Origin: Eubacteriales bacterium
GTDB taxonomy: Bacteria; Bacillota; Clostridia; Oscillospirales; CAG-272
DNA: 64,000 bases
Assembly: GCA_045541375.1 (NCBI GenBank)
Contig: JAZQJB010000042.1
Coordinates: 981-64,980 of the forward strand
Reading direction: 5' to 3'
The translations under genes and the position numbers were made by a program. Under the pieces are notes generated by a model. That model saw only the letters and a program-made list of their open reading frames with translations, was not told the DNA's origin and made no database searches. Shown one piece after another: positions 41,731 through 51,132 of this stretch (positions are counted from its first letter, which is position 1; every line of letters begins with the position of its first letter).

Positions 41731-43668
41731 ATGAGTACAATCGAAAAAGATAAAGAAAACCTCTCCGACGGCGCGGCGGAGGAGGTCAAGACAAAGAAAG
41801 AGATCCGCGCCGAAAAGCGCGCGAAGCTGAAAAAGGAAAAGGAAGAAAAGAAGAAAAAACGACTCCCGCTGAGGCGGAATATAGATAATAACATCTTCGC
41901 CCTCGCGCAGGTGTGGGGAACTTCGAAGTCGTATTTTATCATCTACTACCTTATGACCTTCCTCAACGCGCCGCTTGAGTTTTTGCTCTACACCTACCTC
42001 ATCCGACTGATCGTTGACAGCGTCGAGGGTGTGGGATGGTCGATCGACGCGATCTTCGCCTACATCTTCATCGTCGGCGGCGCGGCTATACTGATCTGGA
42101 TCGTTTCAAATTATTATTGGAACGCCATCTCGGGCATCTACTCCGAGAAGATCAACCACGCTCTGCGGCGCAAGCTCTACAAAAAGGCGACAGAGGTCGA
42201 TCTTGCTTGCTACGAAACGCCCGAGTTTTACGACAAATACGTCAAGGCGATGGACGAAACGCAGGAGCGCGTCCGCAAGGTCATGCAGACTCTTGATAAC
42301 CTCATCTGGAACATCATCACTCTTGCGATGACATCGTTCCTCATCTTCACGATCGATCCCTTCCTCATCGTCTTTGCGCTTATCCCGCTCCTTCTCGGAT
42401 TCGTCCGCAGAAAGGCAAACGTTCTGAATCACGATCAGAATTCCGAGCGCAAGCCGATTAACCGCAAATTCTCCTACGTCCGCCGCACCTTCTACCTCGG
42501 CGAATACTCGAAGGAGATGCGAATGGGCTCATTCTTCCCGCGCCAGCTTCAAATGCTCTCGGAGGTTCGCAAGAATTACAACGACCTGACGAAAAAGTAC
42601 GGGCCGAAACTCGCGATCTGCGATTTTATCAAGAATTTCGGACTTGAAGCTGTCACAGTCCTCGGCGCGACGCTTTATGCCGTATGGCGCACGATCGGCG
42701 ACGGTCAGGGCGGAATGACGATGGGCGACTGCCTTATCGTCCTCAACTCGATATCGAGCATATCCTACGCCCTTTCGACGATGGTGCAGTACCTCGCCGA
42801 GTTCAACGAGCACGCGCTTTACATCGAGGACGTGCGCTACTTCCTCGCTTATGAGCCGACGATCAAAGAGGATCCGGACGCTCCCGAGGCAAAGAAGGGC
42901 AACATCGAGTTCAAAAACGTACATTTCAAATATGAGGGCGCGGAAAAGGAATCATTGAAGGGCATCAATTTCCGAATTGCCGACGGCGAGCGCATTGCAC
43001 TTGTCGGACGCAACGGCAGCGGAAAGACCACCCTTGTCAAGCTCCTTCTCCGACTCTACGACCCCACCGAGGGCGAAGTCACTCTGAACGGCAAGAGCGC
43101 GAAGGATTATCGCCTTTCCTCCTGGCGAGCACTCTTCGGAAGTGTCTTTCAGGACTTCAAGCTCTTCTCGCTTTCGGTCAAGGAAAACGTCCTTCACCGT
43201 CTCCCCCGCGAGGGTGACGACGAAGCCGTGACCGAGGCACTCAAGGAGAGCGGCGCGTGGAGCAAGATCGAAACGCTCGAGCACGGCATTGAATCGACGA
43301 TGACCCGCGAATTCGACGATGAGGGCGTCAACCTCTCGATCGGAGAGCAGCAAAAGGTCTCGCTCGCGCGGATCTTTGCCGAAAAAACGCCCGTTGTCGT
43401 TCTCGACGAGCCCTCAAGCGCACTCGACCCGATCGCGGAGCACAAGATGTTTGAAAACATGATAAAGGCGACCGAGGGAAGAAGCGTCATCTTCATCTCG
43501 CACCGCCTTTCCTCCGCCGTGCTTGCCGACCGCGTCTATATGATGGAGGACGGCGAGATCATCGAGGAGGGCACGCACCACGAGCTGATGGAGAAGAACG
43601 GCAAATACGCCGAAATGTTCCACCTTCAGGCTAAAAACTATACGTCGGGAGGTGAGGACAATGGCTAA
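41731..43668 (+). CDS. ABC exporter, fused permease/ATPase half-transporter, subunit 1
   Basis: Six-TM domain plus NBD. Walker A GRNGSGKTT, signature variant LSIGEQQ, Walker B VVVLDEPSSALD. AGGAGG RBS. Confidence 0.9.
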   Translation: MSTIEKDKENLSDGAAEEVKTKKEIRAEKRAKLKKEKEEKKKKRLPLRRNIDNNIFALAQVWGTSKSYFIIYYLMTFLNAPLEFLLYTYLIRLIVDSVEGVGWSIDAIFAYIFIVGGAAILIWIVSNYYWNAISGIYSEKINHALRRKLYKKATEVDLACYETPEFYDKYVKAMDETQERVRKVMQTLDNLIWNIITLAMTSFLIFTIDPFLIVFALIPLLLGFVRRKANVLNHDQNSERKPINRKFSYVRRTFYLGEYSKEMRMGSFFPRQLQMLSEVRKNYNDLTKKYGPKLAICDFIKNFGLEAVTVLGATLYAVWRTIGDGQGGMTMGDCLIVLNSISSISYALSTMVQYLAEFNEHALYIEDVRYFLAYEPTIKEDPDAPEAKKGNIEFKNVHFKYEGAEKESLKGINFRIADGERIALVGRNGSGKTTLVKLLLRLYDPTEGEVTLNGKSAKDYRLSSWRALFGSVFQDFKLFSLSVKENVLHRLPREGDDEAVTEALKESGAWSKIETLEHGIESTMTREFDDEGVNLSIGEQQKVSLARIFAEKTPVVVLDEPSSALDPIAEHKMFENMIKATEGRSVIFISHRLSSAVLADRVYMMEDGEIIEEGTHHELMEKNGKYAEMFHLQAKNYTSGGEDNG

Positions 43669-45538
43669 AAAGCAAAAGGAAAAGCGCCAGTCGCTCGGAA
43701 GGATCCTGCGAAACAACGTCGTCCTCTTCGGCAAGGTCTGCAGATACACCCCCGAGCTCGTGCTTCTCAGCTTCCTCATCGAGGGCGTATTCCTCGGAGT
43801 AAACAACGCCGTTTACGGTGTTTTTACCCTCAATCTCTTCAACGCACTCGACCGCGGCGACCCGCTTGAGGACATCGTCAAGATCATCGGCTTAATGGCT
43901 CTGTGGTATGGAGTTTACTTCATCATCGAGCGCACCTATCACCGCGTGGTCAAGCCGAATCTCCACCACAAGCTCGATTACCATATCCACACCGAGCTGT
44001 TTATGAAGACAAAGGAGATCGACGTTGCCTGCTATGATGACCCCGAATTCTACAACGACTTCGTCTGGGCGATGGACGAGGCATCCTCGCGCTCGCTGAA
44101 GATCCTTGCCGATCTCAACACACTCGCGGCGCGTGTCATCGCTCTTGTCACCATTCTCGGAACGCTGATCGCGGCGGATATCGATATGGTCGTCATCTAC
44201 GTTGTCTGCGGAATGGGCGTTGTTGGTTGCGTTGTCAACTATTTCGGCAACAAGATCGGCTATAAGCACGAAAAAGAGAAAAAACCGCTCAACCGCAAGC
44301 GCGATTATCTCAACCGCGTCTATCACCTTCCCGACTACGCCAAGGAGATACGCACGGGCAGCGTCAGCGATCTGCTCCTCCGCGAAGCTGATTCGAACAA
44401 CGAGGACAGAGTAAAGCTTGCAAAGAAATACGGAATCAAGTATTTCCTGATCTACGGCATCTTCTATAACGTCTTTATGGAGGCAGTTCGCCTCGGGATC
44501 ATCTTCTACCTGCTGCTTCGAATGCTCGACGGCGCGATCCTTGTCGGAGTTTTCGCCGCGAGTGTCGGACTTATCTGGCGAGTCGAGTGGAACATCACCG
44601 ATTTCGTCGAGCGCGTTGCCAAATTCCCCGAGCACTCGCTCTTCCTCGAGAAGTATTATGGATTCCTCGAATACGAGCCGAAGGTAGTGAGCGGCGAGGT
44701 CAAAGTGCCCGCATTTGAGTCGCTTGAACTCAAAAACGTTTCTTTCACCTATGATTTTTCGGACAAACCGAAGTATCAGTGGCACAAATCCGACCACAAG
44801 AAGCCGAAAAACGAGAACAGCGGCAGTGCCGATGCCTTGAAGGGAATTGATCTGAAGATCGAAAAGGGCGAAAAGATCGCCATCGTCGGCTACAACGGCG
44901 CGGGCAAGACCACGCTCATCAAGCTGCTTATGCGCCTTTACGATCCCACATCGGGCGAGGTGCTCTATAATGGCAAAAGTGCGAAGGAATATGATCTTTC
45001 GGCATACCGCAACAAGATCGGATGTGTCTTCCAGGACTACAAGATATTCGCCACCACGGTTGCGGAAAACGTAATGTCGGGCGCGTATGACGAGGAAAAA
45101 GATTCAAAAACAGTCGCCGATTCCCTCGAAGCCGCTGGCTTTACCGAGAAGCTGAACACCTTAAAACTCGGCACGAATACGATGCTCACGCGCGAGTTTG
45201 ACAAAAAGGGCACCAATCTTTCGGGCGGCGAAAGCCAAAAAGTCGCCATCGCCCGCGTATTCGCCCGTCCCTACGAGCTCTGGATAATGGACGAGCCCTC
45301 AAGCGCACTCGACCCCGTCGCCGAGTACGAGCTGAATCAGTCTATCCTCAAATACGCCGAGGGCAAGACGGTAATCTTCATCTCCCACCGCCTTTCGACC
45401 ACCCGTATGGCAGACAGGATCTATATGTTCGATTCCGGCAAGCTCTGCGAGGTCGGCTCCCACGACGAGCTGATGGCGAAAAACGGAAAATACGCCGAGA
45501 TGTTCAATCTGCAGGCGGAGAAATATGTTTCGCAATAA
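43661..45538 (+). CDS. ABC exporter, fused permease/ATPase half-transporter, subunit 2
   Basis: Walker A GYNGAGKTT, canonical signature LSGGESQ, Walker B LWIMDEPSSALD. Overlaps the subunit 1 stop. Confidence 0.9.
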   Translation: MAKKQKEKRQSLGRILRNNVVLFGKVCRYTPELVLLSFLIEGVFLGVNNAVYGVFTLNLFNALDRGDPLEDIVKIIGLMALWYGVYFIIERTYHRVVKPNLHHKLDYHIHTELFMKTKEIDVACYDDPEFYNDFVWAMDEASSRSLKILADLNTLAARVIALVTILGTLIAADIDMVVIYVVCGMGVVGCVVNYFGNKIGYKHEKEKKPLNRKRDYLNRVYHLPDYAKEIRTGSVSDLLLREADSNNEDRVKLAKKYGIKYFLIYGIFYNVFMEAVRLGIIFYLLLRMLDGAILVGVFAASVGLIWRVEWNITDFVERVAKFPEHSLFLEKYYGFLEYEPKVVSGEVKVPAFESLELKNVSFTYDFSDKPKYQWHKSDHKKPKNENSGSADALKGIDLKIEKGEKIAIVGYNGAGKTTLIKLLMRLYDPTSGEVLYNGKSAKEYDLSAYRNKIGCVFQDYKIFATTVAENVMSGAYDEEKDSKTVADSLEAAGFTEKLNTLKLGTNTMLTREFDKKGTNLSGGESQKVAIARVFARPYELWIMDEPSSALDPVAEYELNQSILKYAEGKTVIFISHRLSTTRMADRIYMFDSGKLCEVGSHDELMAKNGKYAEMFNLQAEKYVSQ

Positions 45539-45540
45539 TC

Positions 45541-45579
45541 AAAAAACGGCTGTGTCCCATTGGGACACAGCCGTTTTTC
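45541..45579. terminator. Bidirectional terminator after the ABC exporter operon
   Basis: AAAAAACGGCTGTGTCCCA-TT-GGGACACAGCCGTTTTT. Confidence 0.85.
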
Positions 45580-45587
45580 TGATTCAA

Positions 45588-46484
45588 TTAAATATTCGCC
45601 TCGATCAGATCTGCGAGCTTTTTCAGTCTTTCGTGGAGTCTTACCATGTAGTCCGCGTATGAAAGCGAAGCGTAGGAGCGCATAATGCCGTCCTCGATTA
45701 TGAAGAGCTCGGGGTTCTTTGCAATGGGGAGTGCATCGACCATTGCGGCGATCTCCTCGTCGCTCATATCCTTGATCTTCTTTTCCGAGCCGTATGAGGT
45801 CTCGGCACAAATGCGGGTGCGTGCAAACTCGGTCTTTGCAAGTGCACGGGCGTCGCGTTCCCAGTCGATGTTGCCGTCGAAGGGCATCAGGTGCAGGTCG
45901 TGCGCGGCGTCGTTATCGTCGATGTGAAGAGCAGCAAGTCTGTCGCCGAATGCGCCGAGAAGATCGAGCTCGTGCGCAAAGGCGTTGCGGTGGCCGCTGT
46001 CGTAGGTGAAGCGGACTGCGGGGTGATCCTTGAGCTTTTCCATGGTTGCATAGAGATGCTCGATGAATACCGAGTTTTCAAGGCAGAGAAGAAAGCCGTT
46101 TTCAAGCGCGCAGTCAGCCATCTTGGTCAGGCGCGAAATGCCGTATTCGTTGACCTCGCCGGGATCCTTGTGTCCCCAGGTGATGTGTGCAACGCCCTTT
46201 TTGATTCCCGCTGCGGCGGCACGCTTGATCTCGCGGCAGTAGCGCGCGCAGACCTTGTCGCCAAGCTCGCCCTCAAACCAGATCTCGGTCGTCTTGCCGC
46301 CGGTGAGGTGGATGTTGTCGATGGGGAGGCCGTACTTTTGGCAAAGCTCGACCTGATATTCAAGATTATCATCCGAAAACGCGCTCATTCCGAGTGCGAC
46401 AAAATCAAATCCTGCATTTTTGACGGCAATGATCTTTTCCTCAATATTTCCGCCGCCGTGAACGTATGTACCTATCTGAATCAT
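45588..46484 (-). CDS. Sugar phosphate isomerase/epimerase (xylose isomerase-like TIM barrel)
   Basis: ATG at 46484 follows GGAGG, with an ATGA overlap to the upstream gene. AP_endonuc_2-like pattern. Confidence 0.78.
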   Translation of the reverse strand: MIQIGTYVHGGGNIEEKIIAVKNAGFDFVALGMSAFSDDNLEYQVELCQKYGLPIDNIHLTGGKTTEIWFEGELGDKVCARYCREIKRAAAAGIKKGVAHITWGHKDPGEVNEYGISRLTKMADCALENGFLLCLENSVFIEHLYATMEKLKDHPAVRFTYDSGHRNAFAHELDLLGAFGDRLAALHIDDNDAAHDLHLMPFDGNIDWERDARALAKTEFARTRICAETSYGSEKKIKDMSDEEIAAMVDALPIAKNPELFIIEDGIMRSYASLSYADYMVRLHERLKKLADLIEANI

Positions 46485-47800
46485 TTGATCTTTCCTCCGA
46501 TTTTTATAAGTGTGTTGGGTTTCATAGTAATTTCGATCGCTGTGCCCGAGAATGCCCCGATCTTGTCGCCGTCGTGATCCTCGTCGATCGCGTAGATCTC
46601 GTAATCTCCCGCACGGTCGAGGGTTACGGTGAAGGTCTTGTCGGTCGCTTCGGGGTCGTTGGTGTAATAGGAAATTACAGCCGCGCCCGTCTCCCCGTCG
46701 GTTGCCGCGAGGGCGTAGATGTCGTCCTGATCGCATTCAAGCTTCGTCTGTGTGCCGAGCCGATAGAGGGCAGAGAAGAAGTCGAAGGCGTAGTAGCCCT
46801 TGAGAGGGAGAATAAAATGACTGTCCCAAAGACCGTTGTATTCCTTGTCGGGGCGCGCGTCATAGTACATCATCATATCGATGTAGGGCGAATTCTGTCC
46901 GACTGCCATAAATGCGAAATCGTATGCCGCGCCCTTGAGTCCCTTGATGACGCGAATGCTGTCGATGAACTGCGTGGTCCAGTTTTCTATGTAGTTCCAC
47001 TCGTTGAGGTGCTTTTCGATGTGACCGTAGCCGAATTCGTCGAGCAGGTCGGCGACCTTCTTTGCGCGGTCAAGCATCTTTTCGGCGTGGATCGTGTAGA
47101 TGTGCCAGGAGAAGAAGTCGAGCTCGGCTCTCTCGCCCTCGGTCATTTTTTCAAGGAATTGGCGTGCCCAGGGCAGATTGTTTGCAAGCGCGGGGCCGCC
47201 GAGCTTGATGTTCGGGAATCTCTTGCGGAGATAGAGGAAGGCGATCTTGAAGAATTCAAAGAATTCCTCCGCCGTGCCGCTCCAGCAACGCTTGTTTTCG
47301 GTTTCGTTGACGTCAAGGTCAGCCTCGTTCCAGATCTCCCAATACTTGATGGGGTAGTGGTAGCCGTTTGCCCAGCCCTCGGTGTAGTGCATGATGATGT
47401 GCTCGCAGATCTTTGCCCACTTGAGCGGGTCCGCGGGCTTGATCGAGCCGTATTTGCCCGGCAGATGCTCGATCGAGGTTCCAAGGCGATAGTAGATCTC
47501 GCAATCTGCATCAAAGCAGGTGGTGATGTATTGGTCGGTGTTGCGGAAATCGTAAGCCGTGGGATCGTCGGGGTCGCGCGAGAAATCGGCGAAGATGCAA
47601 TGGACGTCCATTACGTGCTGTGCGCCGTAGATCTCGGAAAGGGATGCATCGTGGGTGCGCGCATAGGGAATTTTTAGTGCCTTGAAGGTGTCAAAATTGC
47701 TTCGCCACTGCGATTTCATCGGGCGCACGGGGGCGTTGTTGACGGCGTGCATCGGCTTCATTGTGCCGATCTTTTCGGAAAATTTGATGTTGAGGTTCAT
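46481..47800 (-). CDS. Clan GH-A glycoside hydrolase (GH39-like), no signal peptide
   Basis: YWEIWNEAD catalytic-acid motif context. The family call is tentative. Confidence 0.6.
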   Translation of the reverse strand: MNLNIKFSEKIGTMKPMHAVNNAPVRPMKSQWRSNFDTFKALKIPYARTHDASLSEIYGAQHVMDVHCIFADFSRDPDDPTAYDFRNTDQYITTCFDADCEIYYRLGTSIEHLPGKYGSIKPADPLKWAKICEHIIMHYTEGWANGYHYPIKYWEIWNEADLDVNETENKRCWSGTAEEFFEFFKIAFLYLRKRFPNIKLGGPALANNLPWARQFLEKMTEGERAELDFFSWHIYTIHAEKMLDRAKKVADLLDEFGYGHIEKHLNEWNYIENWTTQFIDSIRVIKGLKGAAYDFAFMAVGQNSPYIDMMMYYDARPDKEYNGLWDSHFILPLKGYYAFDFFSALYRLGTQTKLECDQDDIYALAATDGETGAAVISYYTNDPEATDKTFTVTLDRAGDYEIYAIDEDHDGDKIGAFSGTAIEITMKPNTLIKIGGKIK

Positions 47801-47804
47801 TTTT

Positions 47805-48242
47805 TCACCTGTCCAATCTATAATTTACATATTCAAAATGTTCAAATCCGTGGCGGCGGTAAAGCTCGGCGGCGCGAGTGTTTTCGGGTTCGGTCTCAAG
47901 GCGGTAGCGGCGTGCGGGAATGCTTTCCTTGACGAATTCGAGAAACTTGGAGCCGAGTCCCCTTCCGCGGTATTCTTTTTTGATGTATATTTCCTCGATC
48001 CAAACGACCTTGCCGCCCGCCTCCTGGGAGTGAGTGTAGGCAAGAACGCCGTAGCCGGCGACCTGCCCGTCTTTCTCAAATATGAAAGCATCGCCGTAGG
48101 GCGTGCCCGCGAGGAAAAGATCGAAGGAAGAGGTTATATTTTCTTCGGGAATATTCTCAAGCACCGCGGGAGAGGAATAAAAATCCTTCGCCATTGCGGT
48201 GTAGATCTGTTTGTCGTTTTTTGTGATTTTTCTGATTGTCAT
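47805..48242 (-). CDS. GNAT-family N-acetyltransferase
   Basis: RGRGLGSKFLEFV acetyl-CoA binding motif. Confidence 0.85.
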   Translation of the reverse strand: MTIRKITKNDKQIYTAMAKDFYSSPAVLENIPEENITSSFDLFLAGTPYGDAFIFEKDGQVAGYGVLAYTHSQEAGGKVVWIEEIYIKKEYRGRGLGSKFLEFVKESIPARRYRLETEPENTRAAELYRRHGFEHFEYVNYRLDR

Positions 48243-48335
48243 TTTTGATAATTATATGAGTTGTTTCTGAATAACAAGAGTAGAATAATGTCCTCCTCAT
48301 TCACCAAAGAATGATATCAAGAGGTTCACATATAT

Positions 48336-49688
48336 TCAATTTAGTGTTGTTCTCTTAATCTTAGGTTCACCGTCACATATAATGTTGACCAAATAATTTC
48401 CGGTGATTATAATATATTGGAGCGGATTTTGCAAGGTATCCCAGAGACCGAATGATTCTTTTTTGACAATTTCGCAGAATTTGCCGTTTTTTATTTTGTA
48501 AACACGGTCACGGCAATGATTCTCTTGAAATCGTTTGAGTTCGTCAAAACTATAATCTCCGCCGTCCAGGTTTTCTTCGTACATATGAAACGCAGTAATG
48601 ATTCCAAAATATAGACGAATCGTTTCTCTTTCACCCAAAAGCGTTATGATCAAACCGTTTTTATCACCGTTTGTAAGTTCAATATCATAATAATTTTCCG
48701 AAAAAATATCGGGAAAAGCAGGAGTCCATATTTCCATAGCGTCGCAAATTCTGTTATGCGTGTTACCCGCAAAAAATTCGGTTATGTTTTCCGCCATACG
48801 TCTTACGCATCTGTTGCGCGCTTCATAAGAGCCCCAAGCCATGTGGGGCGTCAGGCAGACGTTCGGGCGGTCGAGGAGGGCGGAGAAGGGATGGTCTTCG
48901 CCAAAGGGCTCTTTTGAGTAAACGTCGCAGCCGAGGGCGCCGATCTTGCCCGAAAGGACTCCGTCGGCAACTGCCGTCTCGTCGCAAACTGCACCGCGGG
49001 CGGTGTTGACGAGGACTACGCCATCTTTCATTGATTCAATGCGCTCGCGCGAGATCATGCCGCGAGTTCCGTCGTTCAGCGGTACGTGGAGCGAGATGAT
49101 GTCACATTCGCGGCAGATGCGGTCGATGTCGGCGGCTTCGTATCGCGTTTCGGGCTGACGGCGGCAGAGAAGCACGCGGCAGCCGAGTGCCTGTGCGATC
49201 TCGGCAACCTTCGAGCCGATCCCGCCGCCTCCCACGACGCCCCAGGTCATCCCCGCGATCTCGTGATAGATGGGTTCGAGGCGGTTTGCGCTCCCCGATC
49301 TTGAATATTCGCCCGAGTGGACGAAGTTTCTGAATTCATCAAGGTGAGTGACGAGCGAGAGTGCCATTGCGACGGAAAGCTGCGCGACGTTGTCAGTCGA
49401 ATAGCCCGGCACGTTGCATACCGCAATGCCATTTGCGCGGCAAAATTCGATATCAATATTGTCGTATCCCGTCGCGGCAACGCAGATGAGCTTCAGATTT
49501 TTCGCGTTTGCAAGGTTTTCTGCATTCAGCCTTACCTTGTTGAGCACGGCAACCTCGGCGTCCGCGAGCCTTTCTGCAACGAGTTCGGGAGGCGTTGCTT
49601 TATGCTCCGTGACCTCGCCGAGAGCTTTTATGGGTTCAAGATCAATGTCGGCGCCAAGTGTGCCGGAGTCGAGTATAACTATCTTCAT
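48336..49688 (-). CDS. D-isomer-specific 2-hydroxyacid dehydrogenase fused to an AT-rich ~130-aa C-terminal domain of unknown function
   Basis: GVVGGGGIGSKVA Rossmann motif and TPHMAWGS. The dehydrogenase fold ends near FFAGNTHNRI (~aa 318). The sequence continues in frame through MEIWTP... . Confidence 0.85.
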   Translation of the reverse strand: MKIVILDSGTLGADIDLEPIKALGEVTEHKATPPELVAERLADAEVAVLNKVRLNAENLANAKNLKLICVAATGYDNIDIEFCRANGIAVCNVPGYSTDNVAQLSVAMALSLVTHLDEFRNFVHSGEYSRSGSANRLEPIYHEIAGMTWGVVGGGGIGSKVAEIAQALGCRVLLCRRQPETRYEAADIDRICRECDIISLHVPLNDGTRGMISRERIESMKDGVVLVNTARGAVCDETAVADGVLSGKIGALGCDVYSKEPFGEDHPFSALLDRPNVCLTPHMAWGSYEARNRCVRRMAENITEFFAGNTHNRICDAMEIWTPAFPDIFSENYYDIELTNGDKNGLIITLLGERETIRLYFGIITAFHMYEENLDGGDYSFDELKRFQENHCRDRVYKIKNGKFCEIVKKESFGLWDTLQNPLQYIIITGNYLVNIICDGEPKIKRTTLN

Positions 49689-51116
49689 TTATGCCTCCTG
49701 GTTCATTCCGCCGAAGGTTACGGTGTTTTTCACCTCAACGGTGAGCGCCTGGCCGCTGACTTTTGCTGTCAGGGTCAAGGTGTATCGGTATTTTTGGATC
49801 GCGCCGTTTTCGTAATCAATGCCTACCCGCGCCTCACACTTGAAACCGCTCGCACCAAGTGCCGAAAGCGATGCCTCGAGAGCCGAGTAATCGGGGTTGG
49901 CGATCTTTAGCGTTAAATAGTGAGTAAAGTCCTTTTTTAGCAGCTCGATATTCGAGATCTGCGCGTTCGAAAGCCCCGCGGGGTCGTAAAGGCGGGAGAT
50001 ATACGCGCGCGCCTCCGAGTCGGTCATTTCCTGCGTGATTGTGCTGATGTCCTTGCCCTCCATCTTGAAGGTGCCGTTCGAGTAGTTTATCACAGCGTCA
50101 TAAGAGCCCGAAATGCTGTTCGGGTTGACCTGAGCATCGATCTTGAAGGAATATTTTCCGTTTTCATTTGCCCAATTGACTGTGTCGATCTCGCGGTTGT
50201 ACTGCGTTGTGCCCGCAACTTCAACCCTTTGTTCGCTGTCGGTCGTGAAGGAGCCCGAATCTGCGGTGAACATCTCGCCGAGAAGCATTCTGATCTTCTG
50301 AAGCTCTGCAAGTCCCTCGACCTCGGTGTAGGTGGAAAGATCGACCGCGGGAGCTTTTGCGGTGCCGATGTTGTCAAATTCGATCTCTGTCTTCGCCTCG
50401 GGCTCGGGGTAGCTGCCCGAAGTTTTCTCAAAAACTATCTCATATTCCCATTCTGTGGGAAGAAATTCCGCATCGGCATCGACCGTGAAGATGATATCTT
50501 TGACCTTCCAGCCGTCGAGAATGAGAACTGTCGGGTCGAAGGCGTAGTCGACCAGCGCAAGGACGTTTTCTTCGGAGTAGCCCGAGTAGGAAGCCGACCA
50601 GGTGCCGTCCTCATTTTTGACGCAATCCTTGACCGTCGCGCTCTTATGGAGAGCCTCAAGCTCTTCGTCGCTGTAACCGACGAGAAACTCCTTGTGAGCC
50701 TTGAAATCCGCGGCGGAAATTGAGGACACGAGAGCGCTCTTTGAGCCGTCGCGATCGGTTTTTTCGTAAAGCTTTCCGTCTTGGTAGCCGGTCACGGAGC
50801 TTGTTTTCTGCTTGACCTCGCCCGCGGTGATCTCGGATTTCAGCTCCGCGTGATAGGCGGGGGAGTCGGATTTATAATTGACGTAGATCGTTTCGCTTTC
50901 GATCTCCGCATCGAGCGCGAGCCCATAAAGCGAGCCCTCGATCTTCATATCCATTCCGACGCTGTAAGCATCGGCGGGGTCTGCGTTTACTAAATCAAAG
51001 AAGGCATCGGCACGCTCCGCGCCCTCGAGCTTCATAAGGTCAAATTTGTCCGAGCAGGATGCAAGCGGGCAGAGAAGGGCAATGCAAATGATGATGGCAA
51101 ATATTCTTTTTTTCAT
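49689..51116 (-). CDS. Hypothetical lipoprotein (paralog family)
   Basis: MKKRIFAIIICIALLCPLASC lipobox. ATG at 51116; the ORF-track TTG start at 51140 is less likely. Confidence 0.7.
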   Translation of the reverse strand: MKKRIFAIIICIALLCPLASCSDKFDLMKLEGAERADAFFDLVNADPADAYSVGMDMKIEGSLYGLALDAEIESETIYVNYKSDSPAYHAELKSEITAGEVKQKTSSVTGYQDGKLYEKTDRDGSKSALVSSISAADFKAHKEFLVGYSDEELEALHKSATVKDCVKNEDGTWSASYSGYSEENVLALVDYAFDPTVLILDGWKVKDIIFTVDADAEFLPTEWEYEIVFEKTSGSYPEPEAKTEIEFDNIGTAKAPAVDLSTYTEVEGLAELQKIRMLLGEMFTADSGSFTTDSEQRVEVAGTTQYNREIDTVNWANENGKYSFKIDAQVNPNSISGSYDAVINYSNGTFKMEGKDISTITQEMTDSEARAYISRLYDPAGLSNAQISNIELLKKDFTHYLTLKIANPDYSALEASLSALGASGFKCEARVGIDYENGAIQKYRYTLTLTAKVSGQALTVEVKNTVTFGGMNQEA

Positions 51117-51132
51117 TTTGTTCTGTCCTTTC

